Source: an uncultured Planctomycetota bacterium (lineage in GTDB: Bacteria > Planctomycetota > Planctomycetia > Isosphaerales > Isosphaeraceae). From it: 64,000 nucleotides of DNA. The notes below the pieces were generated by a model. It was not told the origin of the DNA and searched no databases. It saw nothing but the letters and a program-made list of their open reading frames with translations. Made by a program: the position numbers and the translations under genes. How positions within the stretch are numbered: position 1 is the first letter of the stretch; the number at the start of each line of letters is the position of its first letter. Of this stretch, positions 45,118 to 55,826 are shown in pieces. The stretch is taken from positions 32,001 through 96,000 of the forward strand of contig CAWJTV010000026.1 of assembly GCA_963845755.1 (NCBI GenBank), given 5' to 3'.

Positions 45118-47301
45118 ATGAGCACCGTCGCGGAACCCAAGAAGCGAGTCGCCGTGCTGGGCAGCGGGCTGGGGAGCCTTTCCACGATCATGGCCCTGAC
45201 CGAGCAGCCGAACTGGCAGGACCAGTACGACATCACCGTCTACCAGATGGGTTGGCGGCTCGGCGGCAAGGGCGCCAGCGGGCGAAACGCGGCGAAAGGC
45301 CAACGCATCGAGGAACACGGGCTCCACGTCTGGATGGGCTGCTATCATAATGCCTTTGAGATGATCAAACGGGCCTATTGCGAATGCAAGGAGCACCAGC
45401 TCACGCCCACGAGCCCGTTCCAGGACTGGACCGACGCGTTCAAGCCGAACGGCCTGGTTACGGTCATGGATCACTTCGACGGCGCCTGGAAACCCTGGAC
45501 CGTCACCTTCCCCGCCAACGGCGAGGTGCCCGGCACCGGCGGAATCTGGCTGACCCCCTGGGACTATCTCAAGGAGCTGCTCGGGTTCATGGTCGGGCGG
45601 GTCGAGGCGGCGGGCCACGCGCTCGTCCAGAACTTTCTCGAGGCGCACAAGAGTCACACGATCACCGGGTGGGTCCTCGACGTGATTGCCGGCGTCCAGG
45701 AGGTCGCCGCGGCCGTCTTGCACGTGGCGGAACATCCCCTGACTTTCCTGCACCGAGCCCGCGACCTCGCCGGTTCCCTCCATCCGGATCCGAGCCGGCA
45801 CACGGCGGGCCAGCACTGGGCCATCGTTTCCCTCGTCGACAACTTCCTGAAGAACTTCCTGGGCGCCATCGAGAAGGACCTCGCGACCAGCGTCGAGCTG
45901 CACCGCCTGTGGACCTTGCTCGATCTGGCCGGCGCGATGGTCAAGGGGATGATCCGCGATGGCGTGCTCTATTCCGGGTTCGACGTGCTCGACAAGTACG
46001 ACTTCATCCAATGGCTCCGCGCCAACGGTGCCACCGAAGACCATGCCCGGTCCGCCCCGGTGCGCACCATCTATGACCTCATCTTCGCCTATGAACAGGG
46101 CGATGACCGACGCCCCAACCTGGCGGCCGGCGTGGCCATGCGGATCTGCCTCCGCGTGACGCTGGGATACCGCGGCTCGGTCATCTATCGGATGCAGGCC
46201 GCGATGGGCGACACCGTCTTCACGCCCATGTACAAGGTCCTGAAGCGGCGCGGGGTCAAGTTCCAGTTCTTCCAACGGGTCGACCAGTTGCACCTCTCGC
46301 CCGACGGACACTACATCGAGGCGATCGACCTGGGCATCCAGGCCACACTGACCGAAGCGGCGAAGCAGGCCAACCCCGATGGGGAGTACGCGCCGTTGAT
46401 GCCCCCCCTGCATGGGCTGGAGTGCTGGCCGAGCCTCCCGTTCTACGGCCAGCTCGTCCAGGGACAGGCGCTCGAACAAGGGGGCTACGACCTGGAATCG
46501 GCCTGGACGAACTGGCAGGACGCCGGCAAGGTCTCGCTGCAACGCGGCAAGGATTTCGACCTCGTGGTGCTGGGCATCTCGATCGGGGCGCTGCCGTACC
46601 TCAGCGGGGAGCTGGCGAACGCGAACCCGGCCTGGCAGCGGATGCTCGACGGGATCAAGACGGTGCAAACCGAGGCCTGCCAGGTCTGGGGCAACCACGA
46701 CAGCCAGGCGATGGGCTGGAACGCGCCGCAGCCCAACATCTGGGCGGCCTATCCCTGGTCCGGCGCCGACATGAGCGAGCTGATTCGCATGGAAGACTGG
46801 TCGGTCGCGCAGGGAGTGCGCAACATCTCCTATTACTGCCGGCAATTGCCCGACGCCGCCGCGATCCCGCCGCCCTGTCCCGATCCCGAGTTTCCCAGGT
46901 CCCAGCGCGATCGGGTGAAACAGGACTCCGTCGCGTTCCTCACGACGCAAATCGAACCGATCTGGCCCAGGGCGGTTTCCCCCGGCGACCCGAAGGGTAT
47001 CAACTGGGATTGGGTCGTCGATCCCGAGAACCGGGCCGGTGCGCAGCGGTTCAACTACCAGTACTGGCGGGCGAACATCGACCCGACGGAGCGTTACGTC
47101 ATGTCCGTGACCCACAGCACCCAGGATCGCCTGACGTCCGAGACCTGCGGCTTCCTGAACCTGTACATTGCCGGCGACTGGACCCTGAACGGCTTCAACG
47201 CCGGTTGCGTGGAGGCGGCGGTGACCTCGGGCCTCATGGCTTGCCGCGCCCTGTGTGGTTCACCGAAGACGATCGTCGGCGAGCCGGGCCACGAGTCCTG
47301 A
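45118..47301 (+). CDS. FAD/NAD(P)-binding oxidoreductase (amine oxidase/carotenoid-desaturase superfamily)
   Basis: VLGSGLGS, YQMGWRLGGKGASGR, EEHGLHVW, AGDWT..GCVEAAVTSG; intact ORF. Confidence 0.85.
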   Translation: MSTVAEPKKRVAVLGSGLGSLSTIMALTEQPNWQDQYDITVYQMGWRLGGKGASGRNAAKGQRIEEHGLHVWMGCYHNAFEMIKRAYCECKEHQLTPTSPFQDWTDAFKPNGLVTVMDHFDGAWKPWTVTFPANGEVPGTGGIWLTPWDYLKELLGFMVGRVEAAGHALVQNFLEAHKSHTITGWVLDVIAGVQEVAAAVLHVAEHPLTFLHRARDLAGSLHPDPSRHTAGQHWAIVSLVDNFLKNFLGAIEKDLATSVELHRLWTLLDLAGAMVKGMIRDGVLYSGFDVLDKYDFIQWLRANGATEDHARSAPVRTIYDLIFAYEQGDDRRPNLAAGVAMRICLRVTLGYRGSVIYRMQAAMGDTVFTPMYKVLKRRGVKFQFFQRVDQLHLSPDGHYIEAIDLGIQATLTEAAKQANPDGEYAPLMPPLHGLECWPSLPFYGQLVQGQALEQGGYDLESAWTNWQDAGKVSLQRGKDFDLVVLGISIGALPYLSGELANANPAWQRMLDGIKTVQTEACQVWGNHDSQAMGWNAPQPNIWAAYPWSGADMSELIRMEDWSVAQGVRNISYYCRQLPDAAAIPPPCPDPEFPRSQRDRVKQDSVAFLTTQIEPIWPRAVSPGDPKGINWDWVVDPENRAGAQRFNYQYWRANIDPTERYVMSVTHSTQDRLTSETCGFLNLYIAGDWTLNGFNAGCVEAAVTSGLMACRALCGSPKTIVGEPGHES

Positions 47302-47362
47302 ACCGGTCGAGACGAGACGAGACCGGCCGGAACCCGTCCGATATTTCAAGAGGGGAGAAATC

Positions 47363-48361
47363 ATGGGAGACGACGGCGCGCCGCGATTTGTCCAGCCTGG
47401 CGGTTCCCAGACCTATCCGCAGCCGCTCGACCTTCAGAATTGCCATCTCTTCAGCTTCGTCCTGGAAGCGGACGCGACGGCACTCCGCAAGATCTGCGAG
47501 ACATTCCTGAACGACCCGGTCAACGGCCAGGTCACGTATGTCCCCCTGGCCTCCTTCGCCATGCTGATGGTCGCCATGATCGGCAAGATTTCCTGCGTCA
47601 ACCTCCCGCCCGACCAGCAATTCTGGCTGCCCGAGTCGGACATCGCCTTCTGGGTCCCCGTCCTCAAGGGGAAGACGGAGGGCGGGCTTTTCGTCGCGGA
47701 GTCGTTGCAGTGGTTCCTCCCTTATGTGTTCGTCAATAACACGTGGGCCGCCGCCTCGGGTCGCGAGATCTACGGCTATCCCAAGGCCATGTCCGCCTTC
47801 GAGCTCCCCTCCCCGGACGACCCGGACCACTTCCGCGTCAACACGTTGACCGTCAAGACCTTCGGCCCGGATGCGGAAGCGACCTGGCAGCGATTGTTCG
47901 AAATCGACCGGATCGGCAGCCCGGGCGGCGGCCTCCTGAGGAGGACCTTCCACAGCGTGGTCGAAGCCGGAGAAGCCTTCCTGAAGGCCGCGATCGCGGA
48001 TCGGCTCCTGCCGATCCCCGGCCTGGGACTGCTCGAGGAGCTCTTCCAGTTCGTCGTTCACGGGACGATGCCGATGGTCTTCCTGAAACAATTCCGCGAC
48101 GCCCGGGTCGGCACCAATGCCTGTTATCAGGCCGTGGTGGAATCGCCGGCCCAGATCACGAAGTTCCGCAAGGCCGGCGAGATCGACGCAGATTACGAGG
48201 TGACGATTCATGGCTTCGCGAGCCATCCGATCGTGGCCGACCTGGGTCTCAAGGGGACGGTCACCGCGGCGACCAGCGACTGGATCGGGAACGTCCTGAG
48301 CGCCTGGTACGCCGATTTCGACTTCCAGACGCTCGACGCCACGCGGACCTGGACGGCGTAG
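47363..48361 (+). CDS. Acetoacetate-decarboxylase-fold protein
   Basis: FLPYVFVNN..A..SGREIYGYPK (Schiff-base Lys motif), FLKQFRD, SHPI; AGGGGAG upstream. Confidence 0.75.
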   Translation: MGDDGAPRFVQPGGSQTYPQPLDLQNCHLFSFVLEADATALRKICETFLNDPVNGQVTYVPLASFAMLMVAMIGKISCVNLPPDQQFWLPESDIAFWVPVLKGKTEGGLFVAESLQWFLPYVFVNNTWAAASGREIYGYPKAMSAFELPSPDDPDHFRVNTLTVKTFGPDAEATWQRLFEIDRIGSPGGGLLRRTFHSVVEAGEAFLKAAIADRLLPIPGLGLLEELFQFVVHGTMPMVFLKQFRDARVGTNACYQAVVESPAQITKFRKAGEIDADYEVTIHGFASHPIVADLGLKGTVTAATSDWIGNVLSAWYADFDFQTLDATRTWTA

Positions 48362-48382
48362 CCGGCGTTGATGGGGTCAACA

Positions 48383-48610
48383 TCCGTGGGATCCCTGCTC
48401 GTCGTGCGGATCTTGGGAAGTCCTGATTCGAGATTCCGGATCAAATAATCCTTGAATATCGAATCGAGATTCATTCCGTGGGATCCCCGCTCGGTATGCA
48501 GATATTGGGAAGTCCTGATTCGAGATTCACGATTATATATCAAAACAATCTCGAATCTCGAATATCTCGAATCTCGAATCTCGAATCTCGAATCTCGAAT
48601 CTCGAATCCT
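48383..48610 (+). repeat. 92-bp-period tandem duplication ending in an (AATCTCG)n array
   Basis: TCCGTGGGATCCC..GCTCG...TTGGGAAGTCCTGATTCGAGATTC at 48383 and 48475; about 8 heptamers at 48547-48608. Confidence 0.8.
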
Positions 48611-48936
48611 GATTTCCTCATTGGGTTGCGACCGTCCGCCGCGATCGGGAGGGCCGGCGGGCTGGGTACCCGCGATACGCGCCACCGCGAGAGCGCCGAC
48701 GGTCCCGCACAATCGATTTTTTCCGCACTTCCGCGCCTCCATGGGCTCGGCCGAATGTACGCTCCTCCTGGGAAAAGGGGCCGGCCAGGAGCACCTGGAC
48801 GTTTAGATGATCTGGAGCGTTGGCGGCGACGGGCAAAACTGAGCGCCACGGGTTGTCTTGACGATAGCTAGAGTACGACGCCGCTGGGGGGAGACCGAGC
48901 GGCACTGAGCGAGGCAGAACAAGCCGGGAGGCGACG

Positions 48937-49947
48937 ATGACGCGGGCGGTGTTTTGCGGGGTTCTGGCGTGCGGGATGCTGCTGGGGACCGGTGCCGGGT
49001 GGGTGCGAGCCGGGTCGTGGACCAACGGGTTATTCGCGGAGAACCGGCACGATTTCGGGATGGTCCCTCGGGGCGCGAAGGTCAAGCACGAGTTCCTGAT
49101 GGTGAACCGGCTGGCGGAGCCGATCACGATCTTGAATCTCCGACCGTCGTGCGGCTGCACCAGCGGGCGGGCGAGTGCGTCGCTGGTGGGGCCGGGCCAG
49201 TCGGCGGTGATCGAGGCGCAGATGGACACCCGGAACTTCGTCGGCCCGAAGTCGACGGTCTTGTACGTGAATCTGATCACCGCCGGCGGCCGGGAGGCGG
49301 AGGTCGGCCTGGGGGTCAGCGCCCAGATCCTCAGCGACATCGTGCTGAATCCGGGCTCGATCGACTTCGGGATGGTGGCGCGGGGCCAGTCGCCGGTGCA
49401 GGTCATCACGATCGATCGGATCAACGCGGACGGCTGGCGATTCGTGCGGATGGTCTCGGGTTCGCGAGTGCTCAATGCGCAGCTCGCGGAGACCGGCCGG
49501 AAGGAAGGCAGCGTGAGTTATTCGCTCTCGGTGAGCTTGAAGCCCGACGCGCCCGCCGGCCCGGTCCGGGATGAGATCCGGATGCTCAGCAACGACCCCG
49601 AGACACCGAGCATCCCGGTCCTGGTGACCGCCTGGATTCGCGGCGAACTGACCGCCGCGCCCTCGGTCCTGGCGCTGGGACCGGTGAATTCGTCGGCCGG
49701 GGTGCAGGGCCGGTTCATCGTCCGAGGCCCGCGCCCGTTCGCGATCCAATCCATCGAAGGGGACGGCGACGGTTTCTCCACCTCGACGCCCAAGGGGACC
49801 CGCCAGGCGCTCCATGTGGTCACGGTGGCCTACAAGCCCGACGAAGGGACCACCCGCGGCGACATCCGCCGCGTCTTCCGCGTCCAGACCGACCTGCCGG
49901 GCGAGCCCCCCATCGACCTGACCGCGACCTTGCACGTGGTACCGTGA
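48937..49947 (+). CDS. DUF1573 domain secreted protein
   Basis: Signal peptide, HDFGMV, PSCGCT, Ig-like repeats. Confidence 0.85.
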   Translation: MTRAVFCGVLACGMLLGTGAGWVRAGSWTNGLFAENRHDFGMVPRGAKVKHEFLMVNRLAEPITILNLRPSCGCTSGRASASLVGPGQSAVIEAQMDTRNFVGPKSTVLYVNLITAGGREAEVGLGVSAQILSDIVLNPGSIDFGMVARGQSPVQVITIDRINADGWRFVRMVSGSRVLNAQLAETGRKEGSVSYSLSVSLKPDAPAGPVRDEIRMLSNDPETPSIPVLVTAWIRGELTAAPSVLALGPVNSSAGVQGRFIVRGPRPFAIQSIEGDGDGFSTSTPKGTRQALHVVTVAYKPDEGTTRGDIRRVFRVQTDLPGEPPIDLTATLHVVP

Positions 49948-50600
49948 CGTGAGCCCGCCCGTGGCTGAGTCAGCGCACCACGGAAATGGGATCGGACTTC
50001 GGGAGTGCGAGCCTCCGTCCGAGCCGGCATCAACCCGAGGCTCGGACGGAGGCTCGCACTCCCGAGGGAATTCCAGGCCGTTTCTCTGTGGTGCGGTACT
50101 GAGGGCCCATGACCTGCGCGACCTGATCGGATCCAGGCCACCAAGAACCGAGCGCGCATTTCCTGGTCAGAAAGCGACTTCCGTCGAATCAATGGCGACG
50201 ATCGGCGCGGTGTCCCCGATGGGTTTTTCGCCATCCGGAACCTCGGAGTGACCGCGCGCAATCTCTCGCTGATTGCGGCGAGGCGAATTTTTTTATGTCT
50301 TTTTCAATTAACGATTTACGACGAAAGATTTTCCCGTTTGGCGACTAGGTGCATTTCGTTTTTTTGAAAGTTGCGGCATCCTGATTAATAGACCCTTCCT
50401 CCGCAACGCGAGCCGCGGCCGCAGCCCGGCCTCGCCATCGCTTCGAGACCGTTGGAACCGCTGTTCATTATGGACGCCTGAACCCTCGCGAGCCCCTGCC
50501 TGCCTCCGCGAGCGTACCGGTTCAACCGATCGCGAGTCGAGCAACCCCGGTTCGGCCCACGAGCCTGCCGGGACCCCTTTCTCCTACACAATGAGCACCC

Positions 50601-51026
50601 ATGGCTGAATCCAATCGCAAGTTGCTGATCCAAGAACTCGCCCAGACCGTGGCCATCGGCGAGAACACGTCGACCTGGTGCGAAACGCACGGGATCGAGC
50701 CGGCGACCGTTCACGACTGGCAACGGAGGGATACGTTCCAGCAGATCGTCGCGGAGGTCCGAAGCCGTGCCGTGGACCATTCCATCGGAAAGATGGCCAA
50801 GAACCTCGGCGCAGCCGTCGAGCGGATCGTCACCCTCGTCGAGGAAGCGGAGAGCCAGAGCCTCCAGCTCACGGCCGCCAAGACCTTGATCGACAAGCTG
50901 CTGCTCGTCCAGAACCATGCCGAGCTCCGGAATGAGCTCCGACAACTCGAGGAACGGCTGACCGTGCAAGAGGAACGACGGGGCGTCGGCCTTCCCAGGT
51001 CACGGGGTGCGGGTCGTCCGGCGTGA
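50601..51026 (+). CDS. Hypothetical HTH protein (phage-like HTH plus helical tail)
   Basis: W..HGIEPATVHDWQRRDTF HTH-like segment; LTAAKTLID; coiled-coil tail. Confidence 0.55.
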   Translation: MAESNRKLLIQELAQTVAIGENTSTWCETHGIEPATVHDWQRRDTFQQIVAEVRSRAVDHSIGKMAKNLGAAVERIVTLVEEAESQSLQLTAAKTLIDKLLLVQNHAELRNELRQLEERLTVQEERRGVGLPRSRGAGRPA

Positions 51027-51273
51027 GGCCCCGGCTCATCGACCCACATCGCTGCCGGGCTGAACCACGACCAAACCGCGACGGGACCCCGACCTCGCGG
51101 TGCACCGAGACAACTCTTGTGGCCTTCGGACATCAATTCCGATCGAAATGTCGATCTACGGCAACAATCCCGGTCCCTGACCTACACTCAGGATTCACGC
51201 GAGGGTGTCACCAGGCATGGAATCGACCGTTAGTCTTGGTGGGACTATCAAAAACTTGATTGTGCGAGCGTTT

Positions 51274-51849
51274 ATGATCTATCGTGCGGGAATCTTCACC
51301 GTGGTCGTGTGCCTCGTCCTGGGCGGCGGCCGTGAACTTTCGGCGGGGAGCATCCATCTCCGCTATCCGGTCAACGCGCCTGAGAGGCTGGCCGGCGCGA
51401 ACGAGCGCTATACGCGCGAGGTCCTGAGCCTGGACCGCCGGCATCCGGAGTGGTTCGAGCACACGCACCCATTCTATGCTCACATGTTCACTAATCCAGA
51501 GATGATGGACCGGCTCATCGCGCGCTGGGAGGCCCACGAGCAGCGGTTCGAATACTGGCACAACAGCCTGTGGAAGATTCTGGACGCCTACGCGATCGGC
51601 CTTGAGCATTCGCTTCCTCTCCTGCCGATCGACCTTCCGGCCTCCCGCAGTGCGGTGTCTGACGACCCGGGAGCCGGTCCGGGCGGGGTCGGACCGGGAG
51701 GCGGGACCTACGGGAATGTCGGCGGCGCGAGCGTCCCGGAACCGTCGAACGGAATCCTGATGGTGTCGGGGCTGATCGTGGGACTCCTCGGGCTCGCGTG
51801 GCGACGGATTCTCCGGCGTTTCTCGACGGACAAGCGAGTGCCGGGATGA
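51274..51849 (+). CDS. PEP-CTERM sorting-domain protein
   Basis: Signal peptide; Gly-rich linker; VPEPS + TM + WRRILRR. Confidence 0.8.
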   Translation: MIYRAGIFTVVVCLVLGGGRELSAGSIHLRYPVNAPERLAGANERYTREVLSLDRRHPEWFEHTHPFYAHMFTNPEMMDRLIARWEAHEQRFEYWHNSLWKILDAYAIGLEHSLPLLPIDLPASRSAVSDDPGAGPGGVGPGGGTYGNVGGASVPEPSNGILMVSGLIVGLLGLAWRRILRRFSTDKRVPG

Positions 51850-51961
51850 ACCCACCGGCGCGTGATCAGGACGCTTCGTCGAAGCGACGGCGATCTCCTT
51901 CCCTCCGCGGGGATTCGACCCAGTCAGAATCCACCTCCGTAAGTCACTCCGAGGTCTCGGA

Positions 51962-52935
51962 TCACGAGCCCGCGGCCTGGAGCTGGATGTTGATCTGCAA
52001 GGTCAGGTCGATCGGGCTGGAGGTGTCCGTGCCGGCGCCCGAGGAGGTGATGGTCCCCTTGATCTTGGTCCGTTCCCGGGCCTCGACCACGCAACCGGCT
52101 TCGCGGTCGAAGACGATCGTCCCCTCGGAGGACTCGACCTTGAGGGTGCTCTTGGTCACCTTCAGCGGCGACGCGGCATTCGGAATCGGGCGGCAGGCAT
52201 GTGACCTCGAGCACCTTGCTGGTGATCTTATCGAGCGTCTGCTTGCCGCGCTTCTCGGTGCCGGTGTACTCGTATTTCTTGCGGAAGCTCAGCGGCTGGC
52301 CGCCGTAGTCGACGACCTCGGTCCGCTCCCACGACTCGCCGGGCTTGGCCGGGGCATCGGGGAGGTTCCGGTGCTCCTGCTCGAACTGGGCCTTGAGCCG
52401 GTCGGCCTCGATCCGGCCGCGGATCTGCTCCCGCGCGATCGCGTCGAGTTTGCTCGCCTGCTCCCGGAGCTTCTCGATGCCTTCGATCGCCTTGACCTTG
52501 TCCTCCTTGTCGAGCACGACCGAATAGCTCGCCGCGCTCTCCACCTTGTAGGGAGCCATCAGGAGGGCGAGATCGGGGTCGTCGATCTTGGCGTCGGGCT
52601 TCTTCGAGTCGAATTTCAGATCGATGCCGCCCTGGATCCTCAGCTCGACGCGGAGCGATTCGACCTTCACCTCGACCGGCAGGGTGGAATCCCCCCGCCG
52701 CTTGCCGATCGATTGCGTCCAGAGAACCGTCTTGTTCTCCCGGCTCTGGAGCTCCTGTCCCATGTTCGTCACGGTCTGGAACGCGGTCCAGTTCGTCCGA
52801 TACCGGAGCGTCTTCCCCTCGGGGAACTTGTACTGGAGCCTGACCTGGGCCCGGGCGAGTTTGCGCCCCGAAGAGCGTCAGGCAGGCGACGGCGGCAACC
52901 GCCGCTCCCATGCGACCGGCACGATGTAGCGTCAT
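51962..52935 (-). CDS. DUF6263-like secreted protein, paralog 2 (frameshifted)
   Basis: Pieces 52228-52935 (N-terminus), 51924-52772 and 51962-52159 align with 53093-54062 (GKRRGDSTLPV, FRKKYEY, FDREAGCVVE). Confidence 0.7.
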
Positions 52936-53014
52936 GATCGATCTCCTTGGCTTACGATCATGATATCGCGAGCCGGCACCCTGCGAAAGGCGTCGGGGGG
53001 AAAGGCTTCGAGGA

Positions 53015-53076
53015 AAGGATGAAGGATGAGTCAGGACCGGATTTATTCATCCTTCATCCTTCATCCTTCATCCTTC
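53015..53076. repeat. Heptamer (TTCATCC)4 with inverted (GGATGAA) partner, forming a hairpin
   Basis: aaggatgaaggatga ... ttcatccttcatccttcatccttcatcc. Confidence 0.7.
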
Positions 53077-53092
53077 CCGAAACGATAGCGGC

Positions 53093-54062
53093 TCACTTCG
53101 CCGCCGGCTGTTTCTCGATCTTCACGTCGATGGTCAGGTCGAGCTCGCCGGGGATCTCCATCCCGTTGATGGAGAAGGTCATGCTCCCCTTGATCTGGGT
53201 CTTACCCTGGGACTCGACCACGCAACCGGCCTCGCGGTCGAAGAGCATCGTCTCGCCGGAGGACTCGATCTTCAGGTCGCTCTTGGTCACCTTGAGCGGC
53301 GACGGGGTGTCGGCATCCATGTTGTATTTGACCTCGATCGCCTTGCTGGTGATCTTCTCGAGGGCCTTGTCGCCTTTCTTCTCGGGTCCCGCATACTCAT
53401 ACTTCTTGCGGAATGTGAGGGTCTGGCCGCCCCCGATGTCGATGTTTTCGTTCCGGTCCCAGGTATCGCCGGGCCGGGTCAGGACATCCGGGAGGTTCCG
53501 GGTGGACTGCTCGAAATTCCTCTTGAGCTTATCGGGGTGTAGCTCGCTGCGGATGGCGGCCTTGGCCCGCTCATCGAGCTTCTCGGCCTTCTCCATGACC
53601 TTCTCGGTCCCCTCGATCGCCTTGAACTTGTTCTGGCCGTCCAGCACGATCGTGTACACGGCCTCGCCGGCCAGCTTGAATACATCGTTGAGGAAGTCGA
53701 CCTGAGCGTTCTCGATCTTGGCGTTGGGGTCGCTCGAATCGTAGGCGATATCAATGCCCGGGGCCGTCAACTTCAGGCGCATGGATTCGGGCTTATGGAC
53801 CACCGGCAGGGTGGAGTCATCCCGCCGCTTGCCGACCGCCTGCGAATCGACCGTAGTCGAGTCGATGTCCGTCGGAATCTCCTGGCCCATGATCGTCATG
53901 ACTTGCTGCATCTTCGTCGTGGTCTTGTAGGTGAGCTTCTGCCCCTCGGGATACTTGTACTCCAGCTTGACCTGGGCCTGAGCCGCCTGGGAAAAGACCA
54001 TCGCCACAAACCCGGCTCCCACGACCCCCAACAGACCCGCACCCCCGCGGCGAATCCTCATG
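53093..54062 (-). CDS. DUF6263-like secreted protein, paralog 1
   Basis: Signal peptide ending AQA-QVKLEYKYPEG; beta-rich; LPD...PGDTW. Confidence 0.75.
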
Positions 54063-54908
54063 ACCGAACTCCTCTCCTGATTGCAAGTGCCTTGATCCTG
54101 GTGATAATCGGACAGAATTCGACGCGACCACACGGAGCGCGCCGGACCATTCTCGCCATCCGCGACCCTCGGCCGCCCCGGGCGAGACGTTCCGGAGAAT
54201 GGGACAGCGCCATCGCGGAATCTCTGCGAGTATTCGCCGGACGATCGATCTTATTCCCTGCATGGAGTGGTTTTGAGACCGGCTTGAGGCCGCGGCGCGG
54301 AACCGCGACCGGGAAGATGAGCCGGGAGGCTGTGAAAGAATCGATTCAGAGTCGGTTCCCAAACCTCCGGCGGGCAACCGGACGTAGCCAGTGGTGTCAG
54401 CCCCTGGACGATCTCGAGCCAAGAATGGCCCACGATGTGCTGGTAGAGCACACCGCCGGCCATTTTCTTTACCCATCGGCTCTCATCACTCAATGAATGG
54501 GGAATGGATGATTTGGACCGCGCACCGGCGGTCGGTTCGAGTGCCGGCCTTCGCGCCGGACACGTCGGGAATGGACGGTCGAGTCGCTCGAAGGACGGAC
54601 GCTCCTGTCCAGCTATACTGTGAACAGCCTCAACGACTCGGGTACAGGAGCGCTTCGCCATTCCCCGGCTTCGGGAACCGGACGAACACTTCCGGGTCGT
54701 GTGCCGGGATGATCAGACGAGGACTCGTCGCGGTTGCAAGGTCGGCCATCAGGCCGTAGATTCGGCCCCCGGCCCGGCGTCGATGATAGCGTCAATAAGG
54801 CAGCCGGCACCATGGCCTGACGCCGCGCGGTACAATCGCGGCGGCAATCGTCTCGGCGATGATTGGTCTTTTCATTGAGTTGCAAACGCACGTGCTGGAG
54901 GTGGGTCC

Positions 54909-55793
54909 ATGACAGCGTCACGAGTGACCTGGCCGATCCTATCGAGCCGGCGGTGCGGGTTCTCGAGCCGATTCCTGGGGCCCGGCGTGGTCGGGCGGTG
55001 CATTCGCCTCGCGATGGTGTCGATCATCATCCTGGGACCGGGCCGGCTGCATCGGCCGGCCGAGGCGGGCGGGGCGACCCAGGCGGGATCGACGCAAGGG
55101 CCCGACAAACCGCGTCTGGCGGCCGAGTTCCACCAGGACTTCCGGGACGGCACGCTCGACACCCGGAACCTGAGGCGGGTGGGCGGGTATGCCGAGCGGT
55201 TCGTCCGGCCCGGGCGCGGCGGCCTCCGTATCCTCATCCCCTCCGGCCTCAAGAATCCCGAAGCCATGGGTGTCGCCCCCCGCTTCCAGGTCCACGGCGA
55301 CTTCGAGATCACCGTATCTTGTACGATCGTCAAGGCCGACGAGCCCACCCGAGGCTACGGGCTCGCGGCGGCCCTCTGGGTCGAGACCGATACGCCGACG
55401 GACGAGGCGGTGACGATCGAGCGTGGCATCATCCCCAGGGAGGGGGAGCGATTCACCTCGACCCGGATCTCCGGGCCTTCGGAGGCCCGCAAGTATAACG
55501 TGAGGCGAGCGCCGGCCAAGTCCCAATCCGGAAAGCTCCGGATGGAGCGCGTCGGATCGAAGGTGACCACCTCCTTCGCCGATGGCCCACGGCCCTTTCG
55601 CGTCCTGCGCACCGTCGAGCTCGGGCCGGAGGACCTCACGCTGGTCCGCCTGGGAGCCGACACCGGGGTGTCGGACCACGCGCTCGAGATCCTCCTGGAA
55701 GACGTGACCATCCGCGCCGAGGCTTTGCCCGGCTTGCGGGCACCGGCGCCGGCCTCCGGTGATTCCTCTGGACCCTCGCGACCGGGGCCGTGA
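54909..55793 (+). CDS. Secreted beta-sandwich protein (DUF1583-like)
   Basis: FHQDFR, VHGDFEITV, SGKLRMERVGS motifs; start uncertain. Confidence 0.55.
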   Translation: MTASRVTWPILSSRRCGFSSRFLGPGVVGRCIRLAMVSIIILGPGRLHRPAEAGGATQAGSTQGPDKPRLAAEFHQDFRDGTLDTRNLRRVGGYAERFVRPGRGGLRILIPSGLKNPEAMGVAPRFQVHGDFEITVSCTIVKADEPTRGYGLAAALWVETDTPTDEAVTIERGIIPREGERFTSTRISGPSEARKYNVRRAPAKSQSGKLRMERVGSKVTTSFADGPRPFRVLRTVELGPEDLTLVRLGADTGVSDHALEILLEDVTIRAEALPGLRAPAPASGDSSGPSRPGP

Positions 55794-55826
55794 CGGGCAG
55801 TCGCGACCGCGAGGACCTCGACCCGG

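Noticed and set aside
18890..47115. Long antisense ORFs (e.g. 18890-20731, 21741-23486, 37759-39759, 44890-47115)
   Set aside because: Shadow ORFs expected at high GC, opposite well-supported genes and lacking motifs
48383..48610. Possible CRISPR array
   Set aside because: Only two long imperfect units plus contiguous heptamers; no unique spacers and no cas genes
50260..50400. AT-rich tract as ncRNA or replication origin
   Set aside because: No recognisable RNA fold, DnaA-box cluster or iterons; probably promoter DNA
50601..51026. Prophage remnant
   Set aside because: An isolated HTH gene with no phage structural or packaging neighbours
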